This document shows, one piece after another, positions 20,213-33,128 of a stretch of DNA of 64,000 nt. Below the pieces are notes generated by a model. That model was not told the origin of the DNA, made no database searches, and saw nothing but the letters and a program-made list of their open reading frames with translations. A program made the position numbers and the translations under genes. Source of the stretch: Macrostomum lignano (taxonomy: Eukaryota); contig NIVC01002587.1 in NCBI GenBank assembly GCA_002269645.1, positions 1-64,000 on the forward strand, in the 5' to 3' direction. Positions within the stretch are counted from its first letter, which is position 1. Each line of letters starts with the position of its first letter.

Positions 20213-20805
20213 AATACTCACAGTAGCAAACAAGCTAGCCCAAGCTCAGTAGTTGGCAGTTTTCATATAGATCTGGCCTAGCAAGCTAATTAACCTTCCG
20301 TACCTGTTGCTTTGCTACATCAATTTTGCTACTCAGTTCGTCCTACAGTTGGGAAAAACAATCCATTATTGAATCTTCACAACATAAGCAACGCAGAAGA
20401 GAGTTCGAGAAAGGTAAAAAAACCTGCAGGCCCGAATCCCGACCTGCTCTCCCCTATCCGTGGTGGTACCGGGGTGTCGAAGGACCGGACCTGTCCGTCA
20501 ATACTCGGAGGTCTCTCTGAGCCGGTCCAGCGCGCCGCATCGATTGCTGCTGGCTGCTGCTAAGCTTCATCTCGCTGGCATGCCGGTGGCGCGATGTGTT
20601 TCTTCTTCACCTGGGCAATCGAAAGGTGGCCCAGCTGGAGACCTGCACAGCTCACAGCGGGGGGGGGCTAATTATTATTTGCTATGGGCAAGGAAGAGGA
20701 AACTGGCAGCCTCATCGACTCATATAGGACCACCTAGCCATGCGGTTTTCTCTCTGTTTCTATTGACATTATTCATAGAAGGTTATGCGTCTCGTTAGAT
20801 AGCAG

Positions 20806-20880
20806 ATCACAGGTGTACAACCGTCCTGACTTTCTCATTGTCAGGCATGTGCACTCTCTGTGCCTTGGGGGTTGGCCCTT
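20806..20880 (-). mobile_element. SINE body fragment
   Basis: Reverse complement AGGGCCAACCCCCAAGGCACAGAGAGTGCACATGCCTGAC...GTCAGG...GTACACCTGTG matches the shared SINE body. Confidence 0.55.
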
Positions 20881-22037
20881 GTGTGCGTGAAGTGTAGGAC
20901 AAGCCGACTTGTTTCAAATCAATTTGTCAGTTGGCTTCACATTTCAGGTTTCACAACATTTTTTTACTTACAGTATACACAATAACATTGAAAACCGTCA
21001 CCCGATTGCCCTTAGATAAGGTAGCTCGTAATTGACCTCAACTCACTACAACTCTCGCTCAGGCGCACTGGGTGTACACCATTGAGAATTGCCATTTGGC
21101 AGCAGCAGATTTGGTCTTGCCCATAGACATTGACAGAAAAAGACAATCAGGTTGATGATTCGGTACAAAGAAGGGCGCCAGCAGCAACCTCTCTCATTAA
21201 CTCTCTTTCTCAGTTTTCATGCTTAACGGTAAAGATCTGAATGACATGTGTAACATAATACGGTACATGTGTCTTTAACTAATGTATTTAGCGGCTGGGT
21301 TAGGGCCACAGACACTAGCTGCTACCGCAGAAGCTACAGTCTATGGTCAAAACCCCGGGGTTTTTGCGCTGCCGCCAGGCGGCTGGAGTGGCCAATCTTA
21401 GGTAATATAGTCTATGGGCCGTAGGGCATCCTCTGATACTTTAGTTTGTTTTCAGCAAATTTTGTCTATGGTAATAAGGCTTGTAAGCTTTACATTAGTA
21501 CATAGAAAAATACGAAGAACACAGAAATTCTCAGGGCTGACGGCAAACTACAAAAAATTGTGGAGGGTGGGATCGGAAGGAAAATTTTGCGAAAGAGACT
21601 GCCTCGAAAGTCGGGGATTTTGTCAGGTAATTTGTTTCGGATTAAGTCTTCTTTGCTTGGTGCGAGAGCTCCGCCCCTCTCTTTCTCTCTCATCTCTCAC
21701 TCAATCTTCCTATCTCCCGTTTCGAAGAGTCAACTCGGATCCAATGCCTTTGTTTATGCTGCTGACCCGTGCGTGGCAACGGCCGATAAGAATATTGTTC
21801 CACGGATTGCTGCTTTTTTCTGCTACAGCAAAATGATCAGCCGGCAGATGGGATGAGGACCAGCTAAAAGTGCAACTGCATTGCGGATACACAGTCTGGG
21901 TGAGAGAAAACTTGTGACATTTTTGTCACTTCACTATGTCGATTATTACATCGACGATATGTTGCGTAAGAAACTTAATTGAGGGTAGTTATTTTCAAGC
22001 AAATCTATCATTATTTAGAAGGCCATGTTCCATGCAC

Positions 22038-22420
22038 GGGGGCGGGCCGTAACCCAGTGGTCCAGCGAGGCGCTCTGGTGTGCCAGCGGCCCAGGCTCGA
22101 TTCCAAGTGCAGTCACATTAATTTGGGGCTGAATTGGAATCTAGGCTTGGCTCTGCTCGTGCAATTAACGCCATTGAGGGCCAACCTCCCCAACCCCCAA
22201 GGCACAGTGAAGTGTACATGCCTTAACTATAAGTAAAGTTTGGGCCGCTGTACACTCCTGTGTGAGTGAGTGCCTGTGCGTATGACTGCGTACGTATCCG
22301 CGCGCTTGTGTGCCTGCTCAGGGGAGTCGGCGGAATGGGCAGTAATGCCTCTCGCCGGCTGTGTGACAATGTCGCTTACAGTGCGCCAGGGTGCACACAA
22401 CCCCCTGACTCTGACTAAAA
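22038..22420 (+). mobile_element. tRNA-derived SINE, family A copy 2
   Basis: A-box-like GTAACCCAGTGG, B box GGCTCGATTCC, shared body and tail. TSD ATGTT(C/G)CATGCA at 22025-22036 and 22421-22432. Confidence 0.85.
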
Positions 22421-23617
22421 ATGTTGCATGCAACAAGCCCCAAATGAATATGGCCGCGGCAAGGAACCGAACTCGGGAACAGAGTCAGACAACGCTGCAG
22501 ATGGCTGATCAACTTCAGGGAGCTGGAGAATGCAGAAGTACTATTGAGAGAGGATGAGATTTGAAAGCCGTTACGTTCTCTCCCATTACTCCGGATTAGC
22601 GTGTTGGGAAAATGCTGCGCCTCCCTCTCCGCCCCGATCCCCTAATGCTCTCTCGGTCCTCGTGTGACGAGCGAGTCGAGGGCATCGCGAGGGGACGGGG
22701 AAGTGAGCCGGTCGGGGCTCTCCGCTGATCAAAGTTTGCCTTAGGATTATGGGAAAACTTCAGCGTAGTAAGCCCTGTGCGCAAACGATGCCGAGCTCTC
22801 TTGCTTGCTTGGTGGGGGAGGGGGGGTCGGTAGCAGTTCTCGGTGCTGCGCTGAGAGATGATCGGAGAGGGCAGGGCTGCTGCGGCGGCGGCGGCGGGCG
22901 GCGGCGGGTGATGGGTGAAAACGACATACAAAAGTGGCGCGGCACAGGGCCTCCTTCCATGTTGGGACACGCCTGCACCGCCACCCTGGCTTCCAATCGA
23001 ATTACTTACTTTCGATTAGGTCTCAAAGCGAGCGTGGCAAACCAGAAGCAGTTGGCAAGAGAGAAGGCCCGCGAGCCGATTGGGGACTGGAGGAGCTGAG
23101 GCGCCTGGGAACAAGTTTTTGAAAGGGATGATGCTGCAGGAGATGAGGAGAAGGGAGTAGGGACGCTGGGAGACTGCCTCTCTCTTCTCCGATCTCTCTC
23201 TGTCTTGGCTCAGCCAAGTGTGGAGCCGGACACCGTCTGAGATCTTCAGCTTCTTTTCCTCCTGGCTCTTCGTTGCCACAGCCAGTGTTCTTTTGGTCGT
23301 GCTCTGCCTGCTTCTCTTTCTATTCACTTTCCTGCCCAAGTTGGTCCGGTTTTGACAAGGGTTTGGAGACTTAGGGACAATTCGTTTAGGGTTCTAGTGT
23401 CGGCTGGATCGGATTGCACAGCCGTTTTGTGTGCCCGTGAGGGCCAAAAATAATTTCCTACGTGTCCATGAGGGCAGTGGATGGAAAGGCTACCCTTGAG
23501 CAAGTTCTCTCACGCACTTTTGACCTCGGGGGAGAAGGTCTTGGATGGATTTCAAGTCCTGAAGTGAAGTGCCTCAGTTATGTTATTGAACTATGGGTCG
23601 GCATTGTGATCGTGAGA

Positions 23618-24748
23618 CTGAGCCGTGGGTGAGGACAGTGCTGTGGGTGAGGACAGTGCCGTGGGTGAGGACAGTGCTGTGGGTGAGGACAGTGCCGTGG
23701 GTGAGGACAGTGCTGTGGGTGAGGACAGTGCTGTGGGTGAGGACAGTGCTGTGGGTGAGGACAGTGCCGTGGGTGAGGACAGTGCTGTGGGTGAGGACAG
23801 TGCTGTGGGTGAGGACAGTGCTGTGGGTGAGGACAGTGCCGTGGGTGAGGACAGTGCCGTGGGTGAGGACAGTGCCGTGGGTGAGGACAGTGCTGTGGGT
23901 GAGGACAGTGCTGTGGGTGAGGACAGTGCTGTGGGTGAGGACAGTGCTGTGGGTGAGGACAGTGCCGTGGGTGAGGACAGTGCCGTGGGTGAGGACAGTG
24001 CCGTGGGTTAGGACAGTGCTGTGGGTGAGGACAGTGCTGTGGGTGAGGACAGTGCCGTGGGTGAGGACAGTGCTGTGGGTGAGGACAGTGCCGTGGGTGA
24101 GGACAGTGCTGTGGGTGAGGACAGTGTCGTGGGTGTGGACAGTGCCGTGGGTGAGACTGTGCCGTGGGTGAGGACAGTGCTGTGGGTGAGGACAGTGCCG
24201 TGGGTGAGGACAGTGCCGTGGGTGAGACAGTGCTGTGGGTGAGGACAGTTCCGTGGGTGAGACTGTGCCGTGGGTGAGGACAGTGCCGTGGGTGAGACTG
24301 TGCCGTGGGTGAGACTGTGCCGTGGGTGAGACTGTGCCGTGGGTGAGACTGTGCCGTGGGTGAGACTGTGCCGTGGGTGAGACTGTGCCGTGGGTGAGGA
24401 CAGTTCCGTGGGTGAGACTGTGCCGTGGGTGAGACTGTGCCGTGGGTGAGACTGTGCCGTGGGTGAGACTGTGCCGTGGGTGAGGACAGTGCCGTGGGTG
24501 AGACTGTGCCGTGGGTGAGGACAGTGCCGTGTGTGAGGACCGTGTCCTGTGTGAGGACCGTGTCCTGTGTGAGGACCGTGTCCTGTGAGGACCGTGTCCT
24601 GTGAGGACCGTGTCCTGTGAGGACCGTGTCCTGTGTGAGGACCGTGTCCTGTGTGAGGACCGTGTCCTGTGTGAGGACCGTGTCCTGTGTGAGGACCGTG
24701 TCCTGCGTGAGGACCGTGTCCTGCGTGAGGACCGTGTCCTGCGTGAGG
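23618..24748. repeat. Compound 17-18-bp minisatellite (GTGGGTGAGGACAGTGCY, then GTGGGTGAGACTGTGCC, then GTGTGAGGACCGTGTCCT)
   Basis: Directly visible, with polar change of unit along the array. Confidence 0.95.
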
Positions 24749-27597
24749 ACAGTTTGGTGGGCGTACTTTGTTTTTGTTGCCATGAGGGCCGTGCCGTAGG
24801 TGAGAAAGTGCTTTTCCAACTCAATTTATCGTAGCCAAAATCCAAAAAGTCGCCCGCTACGTCATTCCCATGTCTTTATTGGCCTTCCAGCGCGCTCCGA
24901 AGGCTGCAAAAACGTTTTGCCTGCCTGGCCGCTCGTGCAATTTTTGTAGCAATTTTTACACCCTCTCACTCCGCAGCCCTTTTCATCCCATCTGTAGAAA
25001 AAATAGGTGAATTCTCCCGACGAAATGGAAAAAAAGCATCAGCATGCAGCTTCTTGACTCTGTTGGCCCCTGTGCCTGTGCCGCGCAAACTGTTGCGCCT
25101 AAACTACGCTATAGCGCAACTGGACGCAAGGACAGGCACACAGAAACTGCCTTCTTTTGGTTCTGACTAACAAAAATTGCTCCCGCCCCCCCCCCAAATA
25201 CACGCGGCACCGGCCTGGGCTTATTCTGCTAGCAGCCGTTTCGGGTTAAGCTGGGGTGCTGCAGTGCGGACAGGGGCCGAAAGTGCCAGGTGTGTGGTGT
25301 GTCCCTCTGCGGGGCCTGTCTAGTCAGATCCCTCAATTTCTCTTCTCGACTTCCTAGCGCCAATTTCGCCTTACCCCCCCCCCTGATCCCCTCCACCACC
25401 CACTCTCTCTCTCTCTCTGCCCCGAAACCGGCCCTGTTCACAGATTCGCACTGCTGACAGAAGCCAGACGGAGGCGCACCGTTTAGGCTTGGCCCCCAGT
25501 AACCCTTCTCGGTTGGTGATCCTCTCCCTCCCTCCCCGTCTCTCTCTCTCTCTCTCTCTATCCTCCCTCTCGCGTCTGTTCCACGATCTTAAGGAGTCTC
25601 AATATAATCTCTGAAGCCTTTGCTTAGCAACCAAAATTTCGACGTCCCCGCTTAAAGCCATGAGTCCAGTCCGAGGGGGGGGGGTTTACTTACCTCTCTC
25701 TCGCTTAGGCGTTTTTTTTGCTTTCTCGTACTCTCGCTCTCTGGGCCAATAAGCCTGCTTCCTGAAATGGGGAGCGGCTATGCAGAGCTGGTATTTTTAA
25801 GGCCTAAATTTACTCTTGTTTCCTACAAGTCTTCGTTGAAAAGTATCTGTGAAAGAAACCAAACAGCCATTCGAAAGTCTTGAAAATTGTAGATAAGCCA
25901 ATTGCTGGCAAAATTAACGACCGAGCCGATCGGCCAGCTGCCTGCTCCGATAATAAGCGAACTAAAAACAGATTCTCCCCTCCCTCCCCCCTCAAAAGAA
26001 ACACGGAAGAAAGAGAAAAGCAAGGCAGAAGAAGCAGAGCCAGTCAGCTATCCTAATTGCTTTACTGGCCGGGCCTCTCGGACACTTCTAGCACAGCCGG
26101 GGCCTGCAGCTGCGCAGCTGCCACTGGAGCCGAAACAAGCGGGCCGGCCAGTCCAGGGACTTCTATCGGGCCCCCGGGACTGACTGAAAGAAGCGATTGG
26201 CAAAGGAAGAGGGCAAAAGAAGAACAAGGGAAAGAAAGGGGGCCTCTAATTCAAGAGCGCGCCTCTTGTCACCTATTCCACCTCACCCCAAGCCAACCCC
26301 AGGCTTAACCGCTCCTCTTCCGCCCTGTAGTATTGCTTACCGGCTCAGCGCGTTAGGCAATAGCAACTGCCGCCCTGCAACACTAGCTGCCCCCAGTCTG
26401 CCCCCAGCTACCGCAGTAGCAGCAGTGGGCGCGTGCATCTGCCAAGCCCTCGCCCAAGCCCAGCCCAGCCAGCCAGCCAGCCAGTCTCCTATACGTCCGC
26501 AAGCCAATCGGCCACTTGCGTCCGTCAAAAATAATCCCCCCCACCTCCCAGTGCCGCGGAGGCAGAACTGGCCGAAAACGCGCGCGCGACCGCAACTTGA
26601 GGGGCAAGCCGTAAAAAGAGAACAAGCGAAACGCACAGAAACGCACGTGAAAACGAAAGAAGGATCACCAAGCCTATCTGTGCTGAGCAAACGGAGCCAA
26701 CCATAGAAGAATCACGACCTGACATGAACGCATCTTGACAGTCGGATTGCTCAACTCGCGGTCTTCTGCTAGAAGAAATCATTCAACACAAATAGTTTCG
26801 CGTTTCTCATTCTCATCTACAAGCGTAGTGACAGAGAGGTCAGTGGATTGACTGTTCTGCATTCTGCATTGTATAGCGGCCCATTCCGGGTAGAGAGGCC
26901 TCTGAATCTCAAAACCCAGTAGGTAATTAGGTTCCCTGCCATCGCCCAGGTAGAATAGACTGTGCATAGCCATAAAGGGATTCAGCGGCATTGGCTAACT
27001 GCCAAGTTTATTACAAATTTACGGGAACAATGGCCCAACCGCGTTTTGGAAGCTTGAGCTGATGACGAAGCCTCAGCAGTGGTTCAACTATTGCTGAACT
27101 TTAGTGAGCTCTACTGGATGCCAAGCCATGGGTGACCCCCCCCCCGGGGTTTCTCTTACTTCATTAATCCCCTCCTTCTCTTAGTGCCAATCATTTTGCC
27201 TCTCTCTCCCTCACTCTGAGAGAGAGCCGCTAGAGGTTTCAGCTCGGGTCGCGAGCCCCGCACCCTCGTGGCTAGTTGGATGGCCGGGCTTCTTCTGCAT
27301 GGCAATTACGCAAAGGAAATGTCACTTTTCTTCGGGCAAGGGGGGCTCACAAATCATGAGATGGAGGTTTGGCGGGCAGGAGATTCTGCTAATCCGGGTG
27401 AGAGGGAGGCCCGTAATTTCTGCGGCCGAAAGAGATGGGCCATTCGGACTCGTTCGTGCAGTGCCACCCGGCCATGTGCCTGCCATAGTCTGGTAGCTCA
27501 CGCGACTTGCTCAATATGGACTACTGGCTGAGCAGCGCTAGCGGAGTAGAGAAGTTCTTGCATTGAGCTGCTAATGATAACAACTGTGCCATGGATA

Positions 27598-28266
27598 CAG
27601 CTGGTGGCTGTGGCTGTGTCTGTGGCTGTGGCTGTGGCTGTGTCTGTGTCTGTGTCTGTGTCTGTGTCTGTGTCTGTGGCTGTTACTGTGGCTGTGTCTA
27701 TGGCTGTCTGTGGCTGTCTGTGGCTGTGGCTGTGCCTGTGCCTGTGCCTGTGTCTGTGGCTGTGCCTGTGTCTGTGTCTGTGCCTGTGGCTGTGCCTGTG
27801 TCTGTGTCTGTGTCTGTGCCTGTGCCTGTGCCTGTGTCTTTGTCTGTGGCTCTGTGGCTGTTACTGTGGCTGTGGCTGTGGCTGTGTCTGTGTCTGTGGC
27901 TGTGTCTATGGCTGTGGCTGTGTCTGTGGCTGTGGCTGTGGCTGTGGCTGTGGCTGTGTCTGTGGCTGTGTCTGTGTCTGTGGCTGTGGCTGTGTCTGTG
28001 GCTGTGCCTGTGCCTGTGGCTGTGCCTGTGTCTGTGGCTGTGGCTGTGTCTGTGGCTGTGTCTGTGGCTGTGTCTGTGTCTGTGGCTGTGGCTGTGACTG
28101 TGACTGTGGCTGTGGCTGTGGCTGTGCCTGTGGCTGTGTCTGTGGCTGTGGCTTTGTCTGTGGCTTTGTCTGTGGCTGTGTCTGTGTCTGTGGCTGTGGC
28201 TGTGTCTGTGTCTGTGTCTGTGGCTGTGGCTGTGGCTGTGGCTGTGGCTGTGTCTGTGGCTCTGTG
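27598..28266. repeat. Hexamer microsatellite (GTGGCT/GTGTCT/GTGCCT)
   Basis: Directly visible. Confidence 0.95.
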
Positions 28267-28269
28267 ACT

Positions 28270-28405
28270 ATTGCCTTTCATCCTTCACCCTTCATCTATC
28301 GCCCTTCACCCTTCACCAATCGCCCCTCGCCCTTCACCCCTCGCCCTTCACATTTGATCCTTCACCCCATACCATTCACCCTTCCCCTTCGCCTTTCACC
28401 CTTTT
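28270..28405. repeat. Degenerate CCCTTCAC/CCCTTCGC repeat
   Basis: Directly visible. Confidence 0.7.
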
Positions 28406-29184
28406 AACTTTCGTAGCCTCAACCCTCAAACAGACCCAGTGACTAAGCCTCCCCGGACAGCCGATGCAGATGCCAGGCGAGGCCCCCAGAGTACAGTTTG
28501 AGCAGCGACAGATCATCAGTAGTGAGGTGGAATGCCATGCAGACAGGGGAATCTCTAAGTATTAACAGTGGAGTATTTCTTCAGGAAGACTTGCCGCATA
28601 GATTTAATTAGACTCGGAATCTGATATTCGGCCCCCATCTTCCCCGGGAATCTCCTTCCCTCTCTCCCAGCGATGCCGCTCGCTCTCTCAGGCGGCGGTC
28701 GGCCAATTCCGAGATGCCCTCCCATAATGCGTTATTGCACGCAGGGGGCCCCGGCCGCGTATCAGCCGTGGAAATCTTCGACGAGGGCTACGGGAGGAAA
28801 AGGGAGAGTCCTGGGAAAAGAGCGAAAGAGTGGGAAGAGACGGACGGCAGCTGAGGCTGGGGAGGCTGGAGGCCGTCGAAGGGCTGTCCTGGGGGGATAC
28901 TGCACGCGTGCTGCATCAGGTGCACTGTTTCGAATCCGGAGAAGGCAGACTTGGGAGAGGTGGAAAGGAAGAAGCGAAACAGGATTTACGGCAGCCTGAT
29001 ATAAATCCCCAATCATCGTTACAATGAGGCGCTTTAGTTGCTATCATCGCTTTTGAAAATCTCACCGGACATGCGGTGCTCTGCTTAAATCGCCGGCCCA
29101 CTGAAACGGTCTTTGGCAAACTTTGCATTTAATCCCCTTTCACTACTTTTCATCCGTTTATATCCCCTCATCTGCTTTTGTCTC

Positions 29185-29995
29185 CATCTCCCTTCAACCC
29201 CTACTCGTCTCCCTTCATTCCCCATTCTTTTCCTTTCATTCCCTATTCGTCTCCCTTCATTCCCTATCGCCTCCCTTCATTCCCTATTCGTCTCCCTTCA
29301 TTCCCTATCACCTCCCTTCATTCCCTATCACCTCCCTTCATTCCCTATTCGTCTCCCTTCATTCCCTATCGCCTCCCTTCATTCCCTATTCGTCTCCCTT
29401 CATTCCCCATTCTTTTCCTTTCATTCCCTATTCGTCTCCCTTCATTCCCTATCGCCTCCCTTCATTCCCTATTCGTCTCCCTTCATTCCCTATTCGTCTC
29501 CCTTCATTCCCTATTCGTCTCCCTTCATTCCCTATCGCCTCCCTTCATTCCCTATTCGTCTCCCTTCATTCCCTATCGCCTCCCTTCATTCCCTATTCGT
29601 CTCCCTTCATTCCCTATCGCCTCCCTTCATTCCCTATTCGTCTCCCTTCATTCCCTATTCGTCTCCCTTCATTCCCTATTCGCCTCCCTTCATTCCCTAT
29701 CGCCTCCCTTCATTCCCTATTCGTCTCCCTTCATTCCCTATCGCCTCCCTTCATTCCCTATTCGTCTCCCTTCATTCCCTATCGCCTCCCTTCATTCCCT
29801 ATTCGTCTCCCTTCATTCCCTATTCGTCTCCCTTCATTCCCTATTCGTCTCCCTTCATTCCCTATTCGTCTCCCTTCATTCCCTATTCGTCTCCCTTCAT
29901 TCCCTATTCGTCTCCCTTCATTCCCTATTCGCCTCCCTTCATTCCCTATTCGCCTCCCATTATTCCCTATAGCCTCCCTTCATTCCATATTCGTC
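29185..29995. repeat. 20-21-bp pyrimidine-rich minisatellite (CTCCCTTCATTCCCTATTCGT)
   Basis: Directly visible; roughly 38 units. Confidence 0.95.
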
Positions 29996-30439
29996 TCCGT
30001 TTAACAATTCAAAAGCCTTTCAATCACGCTAATCTTGCTTCTTAAAGATAACTCATTGTTACATTTTTTCTACAGTCTGACTTGGTCTAGTAGAAAGGGG
30101 GTTCTGGCAGTTTCTGGGATATCAATAGCGCCAAAAACGGGGAAGGCGCCCCAGCCAATACCGAATCTCTGCTACATAGCTACCTAACTTTTGAAGCCTT
30201 TCAAAGCAAAGGAATTCGCCAGAATATTCACCTCGCTAGTTGGCCGAAATCCGCCATCAATCTTGTAAGATTGAATGAACAGTTCCGCATGGCTAATATT
30301 TCTAGTTGTAACTGCGGCTGTTTTCCATTGTAATCCATATAGTACAACTGTAGTGATAACAGGGATGCTGTATTTATGCTACATCAATACTGCAAACTGA
30401 TGGGATGCAGACTCATGGTCATCTGGTCACCTTGGTCAC

Positions 30440-30822
30440 TTGCGTGATGAAGCTTCATCCCGGACACTACAGAGTGACCAGATTACCTTGTTGTCACCTG
30501 AGTGATGCAGCTTCATCCCGGACACTACAGAGTGACCAGATTACCTTGTTGTCACCTGAGTGATGCAGCTTCATCCCGGACACTATAGAGTGACCAGATT
30601 ACCTTGTTGTCACCTGAGTGATGCAGCTTCATCCCGGACACTATAGAGTGACCAGATTACCTTGGTGTCACCTGAGTGATGTAGATTCATCCCGGACACT
30701 ACAAAGTGTCCAGTTTACCTTGGTGTCACCTGAGTGATGTAGATTCATCCCGGACACTACAGAGTGTCCAGGTTACCTTGGTGTCACCTGAGTGATGTAG
30801 CTTCATCCCGGACACTACAGAA
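30440..30822. repeat. 58-bp minisatellite, about 6.5 units
   Basis: CTTCATCCCGGACACTAC recurs at 30453, 30511 and onward. Confidence 0.93.
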
Positions 30823-32342
30823 TAACGAGATTACCCTGGTTACCCGAGGGGACGCTGGACACTACGACTAAAGCCAGACAGACAGACAGACATTTTTTGA
30901 ATTTTTTGCAGGCAATACAAATAAAGCAAGGAAAAAATGAGGCAAATTTTCCCCAGATCAAAAAGAGTCGCCTCGTCATGCCCCGGGGAAGAAGAGGTGA
31001 AAGTGCACAATCGAGGAGGGGTTTAAAACGAAAAAGAGCGGATTTGCTTTGGTTCTGAACTGGCCAGCACTGCTGGTAGGGAGAGGGGATCGGCGATAAG
31101 GATCTGCTGATTCCCAGCCCGTGCCTTCCTCTCCTTCCCTTTCCCCATTTTTTGGGAGGGTTGCTGCCCACCCGCTGAATTTCGTGTTGTATTTTTGGTC
31201 GGCAGTTCAGCCGCTTTTTAAGCTTTGAGTAGCTTGGGCCCCCCGGGCCGGGTCGCCTTTGTGTGCGCGTCGCGGCCTCTCGATTTCTCCTCTCTTTCCT
31301 TTTTTTCTTTTCTTTGCCTGGAGGAGAAAAAGGAGAATAGTTGAAAAGACCGGCAACAAATTAGCCTTGGAGGCTGGGATAGGAAGAGTTGAAAACAAAT
31401 TCTCCTGCGCTTTTCAAGCGGTTTTGGGATCAGAGGGTTGGGGCTCTCCAAATCCTTCTCCAAAATATTACTCAGGCCACTCGATCCCTTCCCGGTTGGT
31501 GGTGGGCAAAGGTCGCGATGGACGCTGGCCAGCCCTCTTGTTAGGGTGGAGATTGGGTAAACCGGCTCAACTGGAACTCAAGCAGTGCAAAATCGGACTC
31601 ACAGGGGGGGGGGGCTGCAGTCATGGCTAACAGACCAGTACTGCATATAGACGCTGCGAAAGGTACGAATATACGGATGGGGTGTTTGCCCTCCTCCTTA
31701 ATCGCCGGTGAGTGCCCAGCAGCCCCCAGACTCTCTCCAGCTCCATCCCGTGGGAAATTCTCGATGCCATTCGAGGTCAGGACCGGAACAGCGGGGGGGT
31801 TCGCCAATCCCCTCAAGTCCCCACTTCCCAGCGAGTGAGTGGATCTTAAGAGGGAAAACTAGCCGGGAATAGTAAATTTGGGGATTTCTGTCGCGAAAAG
31901 CTCCCATCAGTTTTTCTGACCAATATTTTTTCGCTGCCTTTCACTTTTGGGAATGCAGCCTTTTGCTAGCCTGTTGGCTACTGTACGATAGGAATTGTCC
32001 CAAAATCTTAAAGACCCCCTGAAACTCCTCTAAGAGGGAATTCAATCTCTCTCATAGGCACTGATTCGATGTCAAACAGTTTATAAGTGCCTGTTTTATC
32101 AGCCACTAAGTAGTCTGTGCAGCCAGCAGATGGGCGTCTTCCCTGCTGAGAACTCCAATAAGCGGATATCTCGTATCGATCAAGGAAAAATTAATTATTA
32201 ATTAGGGAAGGGAACGGACTTGAAGCCGTCTCCGGCGTCCGGCCCGTTGCTCTGTCTCGCCATTTCGTATCATTCTGTGCTTATCATTGAACTTGCCATC
32301 CAGCCCTTTATCAGCCTGACAGAGCCGCAAATTCAGACATTT

Positions 32343-33128
32343 GATCCTGCCTATCTTGTCTCCGTGATCCGCTGCCTATCTTGTCTCCGTGATCCGCTGC
32401 CTATCTTGTCTCCGTGATCCGCTGCCTATCTTGTCTCCGTGATCCGCTGCCTATCTTGTCTCCCTGATCCGCTGCCTATCTTGTCTCCGTGATCCGCTGC
32501 CTATCTTGTCTCCGTGATCCGCTGCCTATCTTGTCTCCCTAATCCGCTGCCTATCTTGTCTCCCTAATCCGCTGCCTATCTTGTCTCCGTGATCCGCTGC
32601 CTATCTTGTCTCCGTGATCCGCTGCCTATCTTGTCTCCGTGATCCGCTGCCTATCTTGTCTCCGTGATCCGCTGCCTATCTTGTCTCCCTAATCCGCAGC
32701 CTATCTTGTCTCCCTGATCCGCTGCCTATCTTGTCTCCCTAATCCGCAGCCTATCTTGTCTCCGTGATCCGCTGCCTATCTTGTCTCCGTGATCCGCTGT
32801 CTCCCTGATCCGCTGCCTAATCATGTCTCCCTAATCCGCTGCCTATCTTGTCTCCGTGATCCGCTGCCTATCTTGTCTCCCTGATTCGCTGCCTAATCTT
32901 GTCTCCCTGATCCGCTGCCTCCCTGATCCGCTGCCTATCTTGTCTCCCTGATCCACTGCCTATCTTGTCTCCCTGATCCACTGCCTATCTTGTCTCCCTG
33001 ATCCACTGCCTATCTTGTCTCCCTGATCCACTGCCTATCTTGTCTCCCTGATCCACTGCCTATCTTGTCTCCCTGATCCACTGCCTATCTTGTCTCCCTG
33101 ATCCACTGCCTATCTTGTCTCCCTGATC
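32343..33128. repeat. 25-bp minisatellite (GATCCGCTGCCTATCTTGTCTCCGT)
   Basis: Directly visible. Confidence 0.95.
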
